A stretch of 64,000 bases of DNA, from positions 1,148,860 through 1,212,859 of the forward strand of contig CAWBPL010000002.1 in assembly GCA_963790805.1 (NCBI GenBank). Direction: 5' to 3'. The DNA comes from Candidatus Gottesmanbacteria bacterium. GTDB taxonomy: Bacteria; Patescibacteriota; Microgenomatia; UBA10105; UBA927. This document shows positions 26,892 to 37,721 of this stretch, piece after piece. Every line of letters begins with the position of its first letter. Within the stretch, counting starts at the first letter, position 1. The notes beneath the pieces are model-generated. The model was not told the origin of the DNA. It did no database searches and saw only the letters and a list, made by a program, of their open reading frames with translations. The position numbers were made by a program, and so were the translations under genes.

Positions 26892-27266
26892 ATGAAACCA
26901 AGCGAACAAATTGATCAACTCATTGCTCGATTGAACGACTGGCGTGGGCCAATGCTTGCCAATATCCGCAAAATCATTCACGATGCTGACCCCGAGATAC
27001 TCGAAGAATGGAAATGGATGGGCTCCCCGTGTTGGTCAAAGGGGGGACTCATCTGCGTGGCGAACGCTCATAAAGATAAGATAAAAGTGACATTTTCAGA
27101 GGGCGCAAACATCCCAGATCCGGACAAGCTTTTCAACAACGGGCTTAAAGGCAATAAATGGCGATCGATTGATCTTCACAAGGGGGATACCATCAATGGA
27201 CCCTCACTCAAAAACCTCGTTCGCTCTGCCGTCGCCTACAACCTCTCTAAAAAATCAACAAAATGA
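26892..27266 (+). CDS. DUF1801 (YdhG-like) domain protein
   Basis: WRGPMLANIRKIIHDADPEILEEWKWMGSPCWS is typical of DUF1801. Assignment is from memory. Confidence 0.6.
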   Translation: MKPSEQIDQLIARLNDWRGPMLANIRKIIHDADPEILEEWKWMGSPCWSKGGLICVANAHKDKIKVTFSEGANIPDPDKLFNNGLKGNKWRSIDLHKGDTINGPSLKNLVRSAVAYNLSKKSTK

Positions 27267-27388
27267 ACGAGGTAAGCCCCTCAATTTTAAGCATATACGG
27301 GGAATTTGAATCTAACACTGCTGAAAAGTCCCGTAGATTCTGCTAAAATACAATTCGAAGTGTTCCGCATTTGGGACACTCGGCATAA

Positions 27389-27760
27389 ATGTCAAAAAAA
27401 CTTCAGAAAGCCAGCGCATTTTGCGCAGATTGTTCAAAGGTAGTAGCCAATGGTGAAGCGATAATCAAAATGGAGGACGTCGCTTCCGGAGTCCCATTAC
27501 TCTCAGGCTCCCTGTTATCCGCAACTGCTCTTCATCATCGGAAAAACAGAAAATATGGAGAAGGATCGGAGCAATATCCCATGCACAACGACATGACCTT
27601 AAAAGAAGGCGAATCGACAATAGGAACGTTTATAACCACTTCGAACGTTGCCATGGTGCGAATTGATATCGTGGATCCCCAGATTCGTCAGGAATTGGAG
27701 AGTGAACTACGTGAAACGCGAAGAGCGAGAGAATTAGAGAGACGGAATCGCATAGAATAG
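27389..27760 (+). CDS. Hypothetical protein
   Basis: 123-aa ORF with no recognised domain. Confidence 0.4.
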   Translation: MSKKLQKASAFCADCSKVVANGEAIIKMEDVASGVPLLSGSLLSATALHHRKNRKYGEGSEQYPMHNDMTLKEGESTIGTFITTSNVAMVRIDIVDPQIRQELESELRETRRARELERRNRIE

Positions 27761-27860
27761 CCCCCATACGAAAACGCGACCCAATGGACATTTATTGTAT
27801 ACTATAGAAGTAACCTCAAACCGCCAAAGCTTGCACCGCTTCATTGTTATTCATAAAACT

Positions 27861-29198
27861 ATGGCACAAATAACACAACCTGATGATGAATATATCGAAA
27901 ATGAAAGTCCTGAGTTGAGCGTCGGGGAAAATATAGGGTGGGGTGGCCGCATTAAAAACGCCCTTCCCGCATTTAACAGCCGAAATTACCAACTCTATTT
28001 TGCCGGTCAGCTTATTTCACTTGTCGGCACATGGCTCCAGATCGTCGCAGAGGGCTGGCTGGTATTTCAGCTCACTCGATCGGCATTTTTTGTAGGACTT
28101 GATGCTGCAGCCGCTACTATTCCGTCCCTCTTTTTATCTCTTATCGGCGGCGTCATAGTCGATAGGTACCCCAAAAAAATTATCCTTATATTTACCCAAT
28201 CGGCGTCTATGATTCTGGCGTTTACACTTGGTATTCTTGCGATCACCCATGTGGTGACGGTTTGGGAAATTATTCTTTTAGCCTTTGGGCTCGGGGTCGT
28301 CAACGCGCTCGACTCCCCCGCCCGTCAATCGTATGTTACAGAGCTCATCGACAATAAAGGCTCACTTGCTTCAGCTATAGCGCTTAATTCAGGTATGTTT
28401 AATGCCGCACGCGTTATCGGACCCAGTATTGCAGGACTCCTTATCGCGGCCGTAGGAACGGGCATGGCATTCATCCTTAACGGGGTGAGCTATATCGCCG
28501 TCATCATCGCGTTGCGCTTTATCACCACGCCCCTAACAGTCGCTCACATTCATTCCGATCCGATCGCCGCAATTAAAGAAGGACTGCGATACGCATATAA
28601 CCACACGGTTATTCGATCACTTATCATTCTTGCCGGTGTGGTATCAATTTTCGGCTGGTCTTACGCGACGCTTATGCCTGTTATCGCAACGCAAACCTTT
28701 CATCTTACCGCAGCCGGACTCGGCTATCTCTACGCAGCAGCCGGCTTGGGTGCCTTGGTTGGCACATTTATCATCTCGGCGTACTCACACAAATTTAACC
28801 CAATCACATTCATCCTGTCGGGGACAATTTTTTTCTCGATTGCACTTCTTCTTTTCACGTTGGTTACGAGCGTACCAATCGCACTTATTCTTTTATTCGC
28901 TGTCGGAACAGGACTGGTATCGCAATTTGCCATGATAAACACCGTTATCCAGCATCAGGTCGATGACAGCATGAGGGGCAGAGTCATGAGCCTGTATACC
29001 CTCGTTTTTATGGGATTCAGCCCGTTGGGAAGCATTGAGATAGGATTTGCAGGCGAACACCTCGGAAGCCAGCTGGCTATACGGATAAGCGCCATCATAG
29101 TCCTTCTTTTCGGCACCTATCTTTTTATAAACCGGCATCGCATCTTTCAGCCGACAGAACCACGTAGATCTCCCGATCAACCAACAACGAACTTGTGA
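27861..29198 (+). CDS. MFS transporter (EntS/MFS_3-like)
   Basis: 12 predicted TM helices and a D-R-x-x-K-K loop (VDRYPKK) after TM2. Start moved to MAQITQPDD. Confidence 0.8.
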   Translation: MAQITQPDDEYIENESPELSVGENIGWGGRIKNALPAFNSRNYQLYFAGQLISLVGTWLQIVAEGWLVFQLTRSAFFVGLDAAAATIPSLFLSLIGGVIVDRYPKKIILIFTQSASMILAFTLGILAITHVVTVWEIILLAFGLGVVNALDSPARQSYVTELIDNKGSLASAIALNSGMFNAARVIGPSIAGLLIAAVGTGMAFILNGVSYIAVIIALRFITTPLTVAHIHSDPIAAIKEGLRYAYNHTVIRSLIILAGVVSIFGWSYATLMPVIATQTFHLTAAGLGYLYAAAGLGALVGTFIISAYSHKFNPITFILSGTIFFSIALLLFTLVTSVPIALILLFAVGTGLVSQFAMINTVIQHQVDDSMRGRVMSLYTLVFMGFSPLGSIEIGFAGEHLGSQLAIRISAIIVLLFGTYLFINRHRIFQPTEPRRSPDQPTTNL

Positions 29199-29211
29199 GC
29201 GAAGAGAAAAA

Positions 29212-30279
29212 TTATGAAAGCCTCGCAATCGAAAGGGCTTGTTTAAGAAAGTCTTTTGTTTCTTTCTGACTTTCATAAATATAGGGGTAATTGCTCAGGA
29301 GAGATTCTGCAGCCGGATAAATCTTTCTATGTGTCAGGCCATTAAGCCCACGAACGATATCGAGGCCCTCTCTTTTATTCATCATAACAACTGCAACATA
29401 CTTTCGCGCTTCAACCGCCGCCGGCGAATCTGATTTGCTCCTTGCCAGATTATCCCAATGAGTCAATCTGAGCAGCCGATCTAACACAATACGCTTCGTT
29501 CTCATTCTGGCACGCTCCAGACTACCGTTAATTAAAAACCTGTTATTTTCATCTATGTCGTGAAGCAGTTTCTGTTTAAAAAACTCATTGGAAGTGTTAT
29601 TGAGTATCCCCAAATCGAATAATGTGATTAAGAGTACTCTCCGACGCTCAATCATACTGCCCAACCCGCCTTCACTGGTATGAACCCCGCTCATTTCGCT
29701 AAAAGCTTTCGTAACCGTAGAATATTGAAAGGCAGCTTTGAGACTGTGTTCCAAATTATTTGGACAACCGTCATATCTTTTTCTATTTTCATAGATGACC
29801 TTAGCCATATATAATTCACTGATTCGGTCAGCAAGAACATCTTTCACCGCTCCCTCAGGTGAGGCCATATGCTTATGACGCGCCAATGAGCCATCAAAGA
29901 CATCCATGGCTCCCCCAAGAATCGTCCGGTTCACGTATTCACCTTTGTGACCAGATGACATCAGCGTATTAACAGCGTTTATCGTAATCTGCAACCCCGA
30001 GAGAGTCACATCATCTGGAAGAACCTCGCCTCCGCTACCTAAAACTTCTGCGATTTTTGTATCTTTGAACCATCCTCCCTTATACATCAAATCAATCGCC
30101 AGCGGCGTAATACCCTGTAATGCTCTTTGGGGCAATCTCCAAGGACTATCTCGGAAACTGGCTTGCGCTTCTCTACTTGCCGTCATATGGGGTGCATTAT
30201 ACCAAAAAGACCGCCAGAACGGTACAAAACGTGATTTAAGGTCAGTAACTGATGCAAGTACTGTGATTTTCCTCAGCAA
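29212..30279 (-). CDS. Hypothetical protein carrying a CDP-alcohol phosphatidyltransferase signature
   Basis: DGSLARHKHMASPEGAVKDVLAD matches D-G-x2-A-R-x8-G-x3-D-x3-D exactly. The rest of the protein is charged and looks soluble. Confidence 0.45.
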   Translation of the reverse strand: MLRKITVLASVTDLKSRFVPFWRSFWYNAPHMTASREAQASFRDSPWRLPQRALQGITPLAIDLMYKGGWFKDTKIAEVLGSGGEVLPDDVTLSGLQITINAVNTLMSSGHKGEYVNRTILGGAMDVFDGSLARHKHMASPEGAVKDVLADRISELYMAKVIYENRKRYDGCPNNLEHSLKAAFQYSTVTKAFSEMSGVHTSEGGLGSMIERRRVLLITLFDLGILNNTSNEFFKQKLLHDIDENNRFLINGSLERARMRTKRIVLDRLLRLTHWDNLARSKSDSPAAVEARKYVAVVMMNKREGLDIVRGLNGLTHRKIYPAAESLLSNYPYIYESQKETKDFLKQALSIARLS

Positions 30280-30324
30280 ACCTCTCTTTGAAGTATTGAC
30301 ACGCCAGAACGAGTTATATACTCC

Positions 30325-31227
30325 CTACGTTCGATCAATCGATATATCCTCATTGGAACGGGGATCTTCAAGAGGCTCAAGATGCGTGGTTATGGTCACT
30401 TTATCGAATTTATCCCGTATATCCTTCTCGATCGTCTCCAGCAAATCATGACCCCTGCGTACGCTCCATGTGCCCGGCACCAATAGATGAAACGATAAAA
30501 ACCGTCTCGATGCCGACTCTCGCGAGCGAAGTCCGTGATATTGAATACCGTGTGTGCAGTAACGATCCAATACTGACCGGATAATGACGAGTTCTTCTTC
30601 CGGCAACGATGTGTCCATAAAGCCTAACGCAGATCGCCGGATGATTTTATAACCAGTCACTACAATGTTACAAGAAACCAGAAGAGCAATAATCGGGTCA
30701 AAAATCTGAATATTCGTGATCATGACGACGATAATTCCTGCAATAATTGCCGCTGACGTCCATACGTCCGCAAACAAATGATGTGCATCTGCCTCAAGAG
30801 TAATGGACCGGTGCTTTTTCCCTGCACGAAGAAGCACTATTGCTACGGCTAAATTAATGACAGACGCAAAAGCGGAAACGCTAATACCTTCAATCGGCTG
30901 GTTAATGGATGCGCCATGTACTAATCGTTCAATGGCAGTGTACGCGATAACAACAGCAGCAATCCAAATAAAAGCACCTTCCGCGATGCTTGAAAAATAT
31001 TCGGCTTTGGTATGTCCGTATGCATGATTTTCGTCAGGCGGCCGTTCCGCAATTTGAATAATTACGAACGCGCTTACTGCCGCGATCAGGTTGACAAGCG
31101 ATTCAGCGGCATCCGAAAGCAAACCCACGGATCCGGTCAGAAAATACGCGATACTTTTTAAAACAATCGTTACAATTGCAGCCGCAATTGAAAGCCAGAT
31201 GTAACGGCTAAGAGATTGGGGTTTCAT
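30325..31227 (-). CDS. Cation diffusion facilitator (CDF) family metal efflux transporter
   Basis: Six TM helices, HAYGHTKAEY and HLFADVWTS metal-site motifs, C-terminal cytoplasmic domain. Confidence 0.85.
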   Translation of the reverse strand: MKPQSLSRYIWLSIAAAIVTIVLKSIAYFLTGSVGLLSDAAESLVNLIAAVSAFVIIQIAERPPDENHAYGHTKAEYFSSIAEGAFIWIAAVVIAYTAIERLVHGASINQPIEGISVSAFASVINLAVAIVLLRAGKKHRSITLEADAHHLFADVWTSAAIIAGIIVVMITNIQIFDPIIALLVSCNIVVTGYKIIRRSALGFMDTSLPEEELVIIRSVLDRYCTHGIQYHGLRSRESASRRFLSFHLLVPGTWSVRRGHDLLETIEKDIRDKFDKVTITTHLEPLEDPRSNEDISIDRT

Positions 31228-31252
31228 ACATATAGTGTAACAATAAATGATC

Positions 31253-31621
31253 TTACGTAACACTTATCAAATGATTGAACGATATGACTTCTTTGTTGCG
31301 GGTTAGTTCAATTGCAATAACGTCAATGCGCATGGCCTCGGGAACGTTTTTATGAGTTACCATGAAATACTGCGCCGTTTGAATAACCTCATGAAGTTTT
31401 CGCGGCGTTACGGCTTCTTCGGGTTTACCAAATGCCGCACCAACACGTGTTTTTACTTCAACAAACACAATGGTATCTTCTTGGATGCAAATGATATCAA
31501 TTTCACCATAACGGGCTTTAAAATTACGGTCAATGATGGAGTACCCGTGTTTTTTAAGATAGGAAACGGCTAAATCTTCACCGAATTTACCCAGTAGTTG
31601 TTTGTGCGGCAGCGACTTCAT
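31253..31621 (-). CDS. yraN: YraN-family (UPF0102) endonuclease-like protein
   Basis: [32 protein letters not shown]...VFVEVKTR is the canonical YraN core. Confidence 0.85.
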   Translation of the reverse strand: MKSLPHKQLLGKFGEDLAVSYLKKHGYSIIDRNFKARYGEIDIICIQEDTIVFVEVKTRVGAAFGKPEEAVTPRKLHEVIQTAQYFMVTHKNVPEAMRIDVIAIELTRNKEVISFNHLISVT

Positions 31622-32000
31622 CTATCTTCGTAGCGGCTTTCCCAGTACGATCTCGCAGATAATACAGCTTCGCACGACGTACATCTCCGGACTTTTTCAC
31701 TTCAAGTTTCTTAATCCATGGAGATTGTAATGGAATAATACGCTCAATGCCAACTCCCGCCGCTCCGATACGCCGAACAGTAAACATTGCATTAACACCT
31801 TCGCCTCTTATGGAGATGACAATTCCTTCAAATACCTGCGTGCGCTCATGTGTTTCTTCATGAACTTCACGTTTTGTTTTTCCTGCAACTTTTTCTTTTT
31901 CAATCAGCTTGTAATGCACGCGAATGGTGTCGCCAACATGAAATGTGACGGTCTTCGCGGGTTCACCTTCAGCACTTGTCCACCGGCCAATATTCGCCAT
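31587..32000 (-). CDS. rplS: 50S ribosomal protein L19
   Basis: [11 protein letters not shown]...[14 protein letters not shown]...FTVRRI..GVGIERI.PL.SP.I. Extended -10 TGATAAAAT followed by 8 nt before the ATG. Confidence 0.95.
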   Translation of the reverse strand: MANIGRWTSAEGEPAKTVTFHVGDTIRVHYKLIEKEKVAGKTKREVHEETHERTQVFEGIVISIRGEGVNAMFTVRRIGAAGVGIERIIPLQSPWIKKLEVKKSGDVRRAKLYYLRDRTGKAATKIDEVAAAQTTTG

Positions 32001-32042
32001 AGAGTGCTATTTTATCATGAAAAGGGGGCGACAACAAGCGCC

Positions 32043-32567
32043 TTAGAGGCTCGCGAGGTACTCTAAAAATATCGGATGGGGCTGAAGAGGCCGCGAACGA
32101 TATTCCGGATGATATTGCGTCCCCACAAAGAACGGGTGAACTGATTTGGGAAGTTCAACGATTTCAACAAGGTGCTCGACCGTTGATCTCCCTGCCAGTA
32201 TCATACCTGCCTTTTCAAAATCGCCGGCAAATTCATCATTAAATTCATAGCGGTGACGGTGGCGCTCCCAGACGGTACGTTTGGCAGGATTATCGTACGC
32301 GTGATACTTTCTGTAACACTCATCAGCTATGGTCCCTTCCTTCACCTGACACTCCCAACGGCCCAACCGCATAGTTCCGCCGTACGCACGGCGCTTTAAA
32401 ATTTCTTCCTGACCGTGAATCATATGAATGACCGGATACGCCGTATTGGCATCGCATTCCAGCGTGTGGGCTGTCGGATATCCCAGCACACCTCGTGCAT
32501 ATTCGACAACTGCAAGCTGCATACCGTAACAAAGGCCCAAATACGGAATCTTATTCGACTCGGGCAA
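32043..32567 (-). CDS. pyrG: CTP synthase, C-terminal glutamine amidotransferase part (separate frame)
   Basis: IPYLGLCYGMQ (catalytic Cys) and HRHRYE...QYHPE. Begins in a different frame inside the ...HFAR(E)SNKIPYLG junction. Confidence 0.85.
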   Translation of the reverse strand: MPESNKIPYLGLCYGMQLAVVEYARGVLGYPTAHTLECDANTAYPVIHMIHGQEEILKRRAYGGTMRLGRWECQVKEGTIADECYRKYHAYDNPAKRTVWERHRHRYEFNDEFAGDFEKAGMILAGRSTVEHLVEIVELPKSVHPFFVGTQYHPEYRSRPLQPHPIFLEYLASL

Positions 32568-33687
32568 AATGAACGGCCTTAATTTTACCCTCTACACCTC
32601 TCGGACCCCATCCGATAGGAACGATAATTCCATTGACGTCTTTGAGGTCTTCAAGATTTCCCTTTTCGAGGCGCTCCGCCTGAATCCATTTAACGTCGGT
32701 TTCAACGCCTTGTGCCCACGCGGCATGATCAATGGCATCCATAAGGGCAGCGTAGCTGTCACGCAATTGATATTCTCCTGTAGCAAAATATTTTCCTACA
32801 ATAGCGATAGTTTTCTTCTTGCTCTTTTTTGCCCTCACCGTTTCAACCATCGTCTCCCACTTAGTAAGATCAAGCTTCCGAAGCGGTAATCCGAGCATTG
32901 TTAAAATTTTTTCGTCCAGCTTCTGTTTTGCCAAATGGGGAGCGGTTTCGTACGGACTTTTCATATCAACACTATCTATGACGTTGTCGCCATCAACTCC
33001 GCAGAAAAGAGCAAAACGATCGCGACGCCGTTCATCCATCGGCTTTTCGGCTCGCGCGACGATAAAATCCGGCTGAATACCCATACCGTTGAGCATTTTT
33101 ACCGATAGTTGTGTCGGCTTGGTTTTAGGCTCACCCAAATGGCTCGGGGTCGGCAAATAACTGACATGAACATGGACGACCGAGTTTTTCCGGTCTCGGG
33201 TGAGAATGCGGGAGGCTTCATAATACAATACGTTTTGATATTCGCCGGCCGTCCCTCCAAGTTCAATGATAACGATATCCGCATTTTCTTTTTCACCGGC
33301 TTCTTTAATGCGATTCAGAATTTCGTCCGTCACATGGGGGATTGCTTCAACATCTTCTCCTTCATACCCGAAGTTTCGTTCTCTGTGAATGACAGCCTGA
33401 TAAATTTGTCCTAACGTGATGAAGTTATGCCGGTACATGTTTTTCCCCAAAAACTTTTCGTATGTGCCCATGTCCATGTCCGCTTCGGTGCCGTCGTCGC
33501 AAAGAAACGGATCACCGTGTTCGATAGGGTTAATAAGTCCAGCGTCGATGTTTAAGTAATTTTCACATTTAACGGGGGTAACATTATATCCTCGACTTTG
33601 GAGAAGGAGACCAATTGAAGCTGTTGTGACGCCCTTACCTAATCCAGAAATTACGCCACCTGATACAAAAATATATTTGGTCGGCAT
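32551..33687 (-). CDS. pyrG: CTP synthase, N-terminal synthetase (amidoligase) part
   Basis: MPTKYIFVSGGVISGLGKG, NLNIDAG, and the end ...GWGPRGVEGKIKAVHFARVE* stops where the GATase domain normally continues. Confidence 0.85.
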   Translation of the reverse strand: MPTKYIFVSGGVISGLGKGVTTASIGLLLQSRGYNVTPVKCENYLNIDAGLINPIEHGDPFLCDDGTEADMDMGTYEKFLGKNMYRHNFITLGQIYQAVIHRERNFGYEGEDVEAIPHVTDEILNRIKEAGEKENADIVIIELGGTAGEYQNVLYYEASRILTRDRKNSVVHVHVSYLPTPSHLGEPKTKPTQLSVKMLNGMGIQPDFIVARAEKPMDERRRDRFALFCGVDGDNVIDSVDMKSPYETAPHLAKQKLDEKILTMLGLPLRKLDLTKWETMVETVRAKKSKKKTIAIVGKYFATGEYQLRDSYAALMDAIDHAAWAQGVETDVKWIQAERLEKGNLEDLKDVNGIIVPIGWGPRGVEGKIKAVHFARVE

Positions 33688-33736
33688 GGTTTAAGATACC
33701 AAAAACATAGTCCTACGTCAATAACTATAATGACAC

Positions 33737-34837
33737 TTAACGTAAAGAAAGGGAATCGGAAGAAAAAACAATGTTTTTGGGTAGGATCACCACCTGCCGT
33801 TTCCCTTTTTTGACATATCCAGCGTTAATGCTTTCGTACCCTCCAATTTTGATGATATCTTGAACCTGCTTAACGTCTTTTGGCGATACGAACAACGCAT
33901 AATCCATACCCATATTATATGTTTCATACATTTGCCGTTCAGTTTGTTCGGCAAACTTCTGGATGAGCAAGAACTCTTCCTGAGGATCAAATATTTTTTC
34001 AATCATATAGGTAAAATTCGGGCGCGCACGCATAACTTTTCGGAGGCCATGACCGGTAATATTGGAAATGTAATGAATGTCGATACCGTTTCTATATATT
34101 TTTTCCAAAAGCTGCGCATAAATATTCGTTTTGGATAACAATGCTTCGCCGTACAGCTTGCCATTACGAAGCTTAGTGGCATACCCTTTGGGCAAAAGCT
34201 TGGCTACAGCTCGAGCAAGTGACAATCCGTTGGTATTTATACCACTGCTATGAAGAAAGAGAATGCGATCGCCTGCTTTTATTTTTTTATCGGTGATTAA
34301 GCGTTTCTCAGTAGGAATGATCCCTACGGCCGATCCGCCCAAATCGATGCTACCGGGAACTGTAATTCCTTTCAACGTTGGTGTCTCTCCGCCTCCCCAT
34401 GTAATTCCGGCTATATCGCACGCACTTTTCCATCCAACAATGAGATCACTCATGCGAACCCTATCAGCTAGCCACTCATTACTTTCAATTGCCCAATACG
34501 CATGAATAACGAGAGGTGTTGCACCAACAGTGGTAAGATCATTAATAATCGTCGCAACAGTATCATGGGCGATTGCATCATAATATGTTTTTTTGGTAAA
34601 CGCCCGCATATTATCAGCAACTAAACTCTTCGTTCCCAAACCTTCAATGACTGATGCCATAAGAACGTTTCCCTGCTTCCACACAAATGCAGACTCGCCT
34701 CTGGTATCAGAAATTTCTTCAAATCCCTGTTTTTTTAAGTTCGCGGATGTTTTAGCGGCAGCGCTCAGTGCCAGCTTTTTTATTGGATCCTTCGTCGAGT
34801 AGTTATCACCTACCTCTGCATAAGTAATTTTTTTCAT
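33737..34837 (-). CDS. purM: AIR synthase (phosphoribosylformylglycinamidine cyclo-ligase), divergent
   Basis: EGLGTKSLVAD (compare DGVGTK), PurM-type N and C domains, position in the pur operon. Confidence 0.75.
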   Translation of the reverse strand: MKKITYAEVGDNYSTKDPIKKLALSAAAKTSANLKKQGFEEISDTRGESAFVWKQGNVLMASVIEGLGTKSLVADNMRAFTKKTYYDAIAHDTVATIINDLTTVGATPLVIHAYWAIESNEWLADRVRMSDLIVGWKSACDIAGITWGGGETPTLKGITVPGSIDLGGSAVGIIPTEKRLITDKKIKAGDRILFLHSSGINTNGLSLARAVAKLLPKGYATKLRNGKLYGEALLSKTNIYAQLLEKIYRNGIDIHYISNITGHGLRKVMRARPNFTYMIEKIFDPQEEFLLIQKFAEQTERQMYETYNMGMDYALFVSPKDVKQVQDIIKIGGYESINAGYVKKGKRQVVILPKNIVFSSDSLSLR

Positions 34838-35850
34838 GCAGTTTTTATATAATTCATAACCGTTTTGGAAATTTCCTTTTCAATCGGATATGTATATCCC
34901 TTAAACTTTTTCCCAGTTATTTTTTCATACACAGCTATATACCGTTTAGCCAAAGCGACGATAAGTTCATTGGTCATTGCGGGTGGCCTACCGTCACCTC
35001 TGTATCCGCGTTTGGCATACCACAGTCGCAAAAATTCTTTATCAAAATTTTCCGGCTCCAGCCCCTTTTTAAAACGCTCACTGTACGTTTTGGCTATCCA
35101 AAATCGAGACGAATCCGGTGTATGTATTTCATCCATGAGCGTCAGTTTTCCATCCACAAGTCCGAATTCATATTTCGTATCGACAAGGATAAGACCACGT
35201 TTTTTACAAAGCGCACTCCCGAAAGCAAAAAGTGCCAACGCTGCCTTTTCCATCTGTTCATACAGTTTTTTCTCAACAATACCCCGCTTAGTAATCTCTA
35301 CGCGAGTTAACCGCTCATCATGCCCGCCTTTTCCCCCACCGTGAGTGGTCGGCGTGATGACGGGCGTTGGTAATTTTTGATTCTTATGAAGACCTTCTGG
35401 GAACTTCAAACCATAAATCATTCGCTCTCCCTGCTGGTAGGAATACCAAATAGATGTTTTTGTGACTCCTGAAATGTATCCGCGTACAACCATTTCGACA
35501 GGGATTGGTGTGCAATTTTTCGCAATGAGCACATTCGGATGCGGAACGCTGATCATGTGATTGGCAATGATATGCTTGGTTTTTTCAAACCAAAATGCGG
35601 CCAACTGATTGAGCACCGCTCCTTTAAACGGGATTTGGCCCAAAATTACGTCGAAGGCGCTCTGCCGGTCCGTTGTAACGAGGATACGTGTATCTTTTTT
35701 TATATAAAAATCCCGTACTTTCCCTTGATACTTTTTTCCTAACCCGTCAATCTCGACGGTCGTAAGTACATAAGGCAATGCATTTACAATGGCTTTACTT
35801 GATACCATAGGTTTTCCATCCTTTCGTTTGAAAGACTTTGTTTTTTTCAA
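34834..35850 (-). CDS. purC: SAICAR synthetase (long form)
   Basis: GKVRDFY...[11 protein letters not shown]...[11 protein letters not shown] motifs. Confidence 0.9.
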   Translation of the reverse strand: MKKTKSFKRKDGKPMVSSKAIVNALPYVLTTVEIDGLGKKYQGKVRDFYIKKDTRILVTTDRQSAFDVILGQIPFKGAVLNQLAAFWFEKTKHIIANHMISVPHPNVLIAKNCTPIPVEMVVRGYISGVTKTSIWYSYQQGERMIYGLKFPEGLHKNQKLPTPVITPTTHGGGKGGHDERLTRVEITKRGIVEKKLYEQMEKAALALFAFGSALCKKRGLILVDTKYEFGLVDGKLTLMDEIHTPDSSRFWIAKTYSERFKKGLEPENFDKEFLRLWYAKRGYRGDGRPPAMTNELIVALAKRYIAVYEKITGKKFKGYTYPIEKEISKTVMNYIKTA

Positions 35851-36310
35851 GTATATTTTTTTTAAGCTTCACTTTATATGCACTAAGCGCCTCGGTAAGG
35901 CGGATATCAGAGAGCCCGAGAATCTGGATAGCAAGAAGTGCTGCATTTTTAGCGGCGTTAATCCCGACGGTGGCAACGGGTATACCAGGCGGCATCTGGA
36001 CAATCGAATACAACGAATCAATTCCCCCAAGTGATTTAGACAGAATCGGAATTCCAATAACCGGCATCGTTGTATAGGCTGCCACCACTCCCGGCAGATG
36101 AGCTGCACCACCGGCTGCTGCAATAAATACGCGCACTCCGCGTGTTTGGGCACTTTTTACATAGGAAACGGTATCTTCGGGACTTCTGTGGGCGGAAAAA
36201 ACGTTGATCTCAAAAGGTACGCCAAACTCCTCAAGAGTTTCGAGGGCTTCCCGTACGACCGGCAAATCGGAATCACTGCCCATAAGCACGGCAACGAACG
36301 GCTTCTTCAT
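35795..36310 (-). CDS. purE: PurE (N5-CAIR mutase / AIR carboxylase catalytic subunit)
   Basis: [11 protein letters not shown]...SAHRSPE...[14 protein letters not shown], a class I-like motif set. Confidence 0.9.
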   Translation of the reverse strand: MKKPFVAVLMGSDSDLPVVREALETLEEFGVPFEINVFSAHRSPEDTVSYVKSAQTRGVRVFIAAAGGAAHLPGVVAAYTTMPVIGIPILSKSLGGIDSLYSIVQMPPGIPVATVGINAAKNAALLAIQILGLSDIRLTEALSAYKVKLKKNILEKNKVFQTKGWKTYGIK

Positions 36311-37713
36311 ATAGTCCCAATCTCCTTCTTTATTTTTCTTACCAATTCCGTAGCGCGCTGGGGAGCGTCTCCAATGTGATGGGAAACATCAAAGGAGTGA
36401 TGAATAACTTCCGGTTTCAGATATTTTCGTACCTGCGTATTGGCTAAAACCAATTTTTCCATGCAATTCGGTCGACCTTCAGTAATTTCTTTCCATGATT
36501 CCATAGAAATTTGTCTCAAAAGCTCATGCATTTCCTGACGGTTAGCGCCTTTTCCAACCAACTTCACTAAAAGTACTTCAGTTGCAGCAAACGGAGCATA
36601 TTGCGCTACATTGTAATCAATACGTTCTCTGTGGATCCCAATACCATCGACAATTTTGTACGCAGTAGTAAGGATTTCATCCAACGCGATAAATCCTTCT
36701 GAAACAATTATTCGTTTATTCGCCGAATCGTCGAGCGTCCGCTCAAGATGCGAAAGAGTCGCGTTCTCTAGTGCCACTTGAGGAAGAGCCGCTATATATC
36801 GGGCGAGGGAGCAAATTTTTTCGCTGTTTATCGGGTTACGTTTAAACGGCATTGCCGAGGAGCCAACCTGCTTTTTACCAAAGGGCTCGCTCCATTCGCC
36901 GATAGATGGAGACTGCAGAATGCGCAGATCGCTCGCGAATTTCGCCACCGATGAAGCAATACCCGCAAGAAGTGTTGCCACCAGATAATCATATTTTCTC
37001 GGATATACCTGATTGGCAATGAGAACGCCTTTTACTCCCAATTCCTCCATAACAGCCATATCAAGCGCATTAGCTGAAATTTTTGCTCCATCCATGAGTT
37101 GAGTGTAACTTGCCCTTGTCCCAACCGCCCCTTTCATGCCCTTACCTTTAATTTCTGAACGAACGAAGCGAAGATGAGAAAGATCCGTCAACAGGTCCTG
37201 AGCATAAAGAGCAAAACGGTATCCGACGGTCGTGGGTTCCGCTGGCTGCAAATGCGTATATCCCATACATACAACTGAAGCATTGGTTTCAATAAGATTG
37301 GCAAATATAGTAAGAAGCGATTGGAGATTTTTTTCTGTTATTGCAAGCGCTTCAACAATTCGGATCATATCTGCGTTATCAACTACATCCATACTGGTTG
37401 CACCCAAATGAATTTTCCCGCCCCCAACGTTCGCTTTTGATGCAAATTCATGGATTGCCGCAACGACATCATGATGTGTCTCTTTTTCAATTTCTAAAAT
37501 CTTTTCAATATCGATATCCGCCTCGTGAGCAATAAGGTCATCAAGTTCTACCTTTGACACCAAACCTGCTTTGTGCTGCGCTCTGGCAAGCGCGACCCAA
37601 ATTTTGCGCCATAATTCGTATTTATGGTGTTCACTGAAAATCTTTCGCATTTCTTCACTCCCGTACCTCCAAGAGAATGGTGAAACGTAATTCGTAAAAT
37701 CAAAAGCATTCAT
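36307..37713 (-). CDS. purB: Adenylosuccinate lyase
   Basis: Fumarate-lyase signature [10 protein letters not shown], about 470 aa, pur operon context. Confidence 0.9.
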   Translation of the reverse strand: MNAFDFTNYVSPFSWRYGSEEMRKIFSEHHKYELWRKIWVALARAQHKAGLVSKVELDDLIAHEADIDIEKILEIEKETHHDVVAAIHEFASKANVGGGKIHLGATSMDVVDNADMIRIVEALAITEKNLQSLLTIFANLIETNASVVCMGYTHLQPAEPTTVGYRFALYAQDLLTDLSHLRFVRSEIKGKGMKGAVGTRASYTQLMDGAKISANALDMAVMEELGVKGVLIANQVYPRKYDYLVATLLAGIASSVAKFASDLRILQSPSIGEWSEPFGKKQVGSSAMPFKRNPINSEKICSLARYIAALPQVALENATLSHLERTLDDSANKRIIVSEGFIALDEILTTAYKIVDGIGIHRERIDYNVAQYAPFAATEVLLVKLVGKGANRQEMHELLRQISMESWKEITEGRPNCMEKLVLANTQVRKYLKPEVIHHSFDVSHHIGDAPQRATELVRKIKKEIGTI

Positions 37714-37721
37714 ATGCTTTG

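Noticed and set aside
32021-32042. A terminator downstream of pyrG (GGCG-cuuguugu-CGCC-CCCUUUUC)
   Set aside because: It has only a 4-bp stem with an 8-nt loop, which is too weak to call as a feature. I note it only as context for the rplS promoter.
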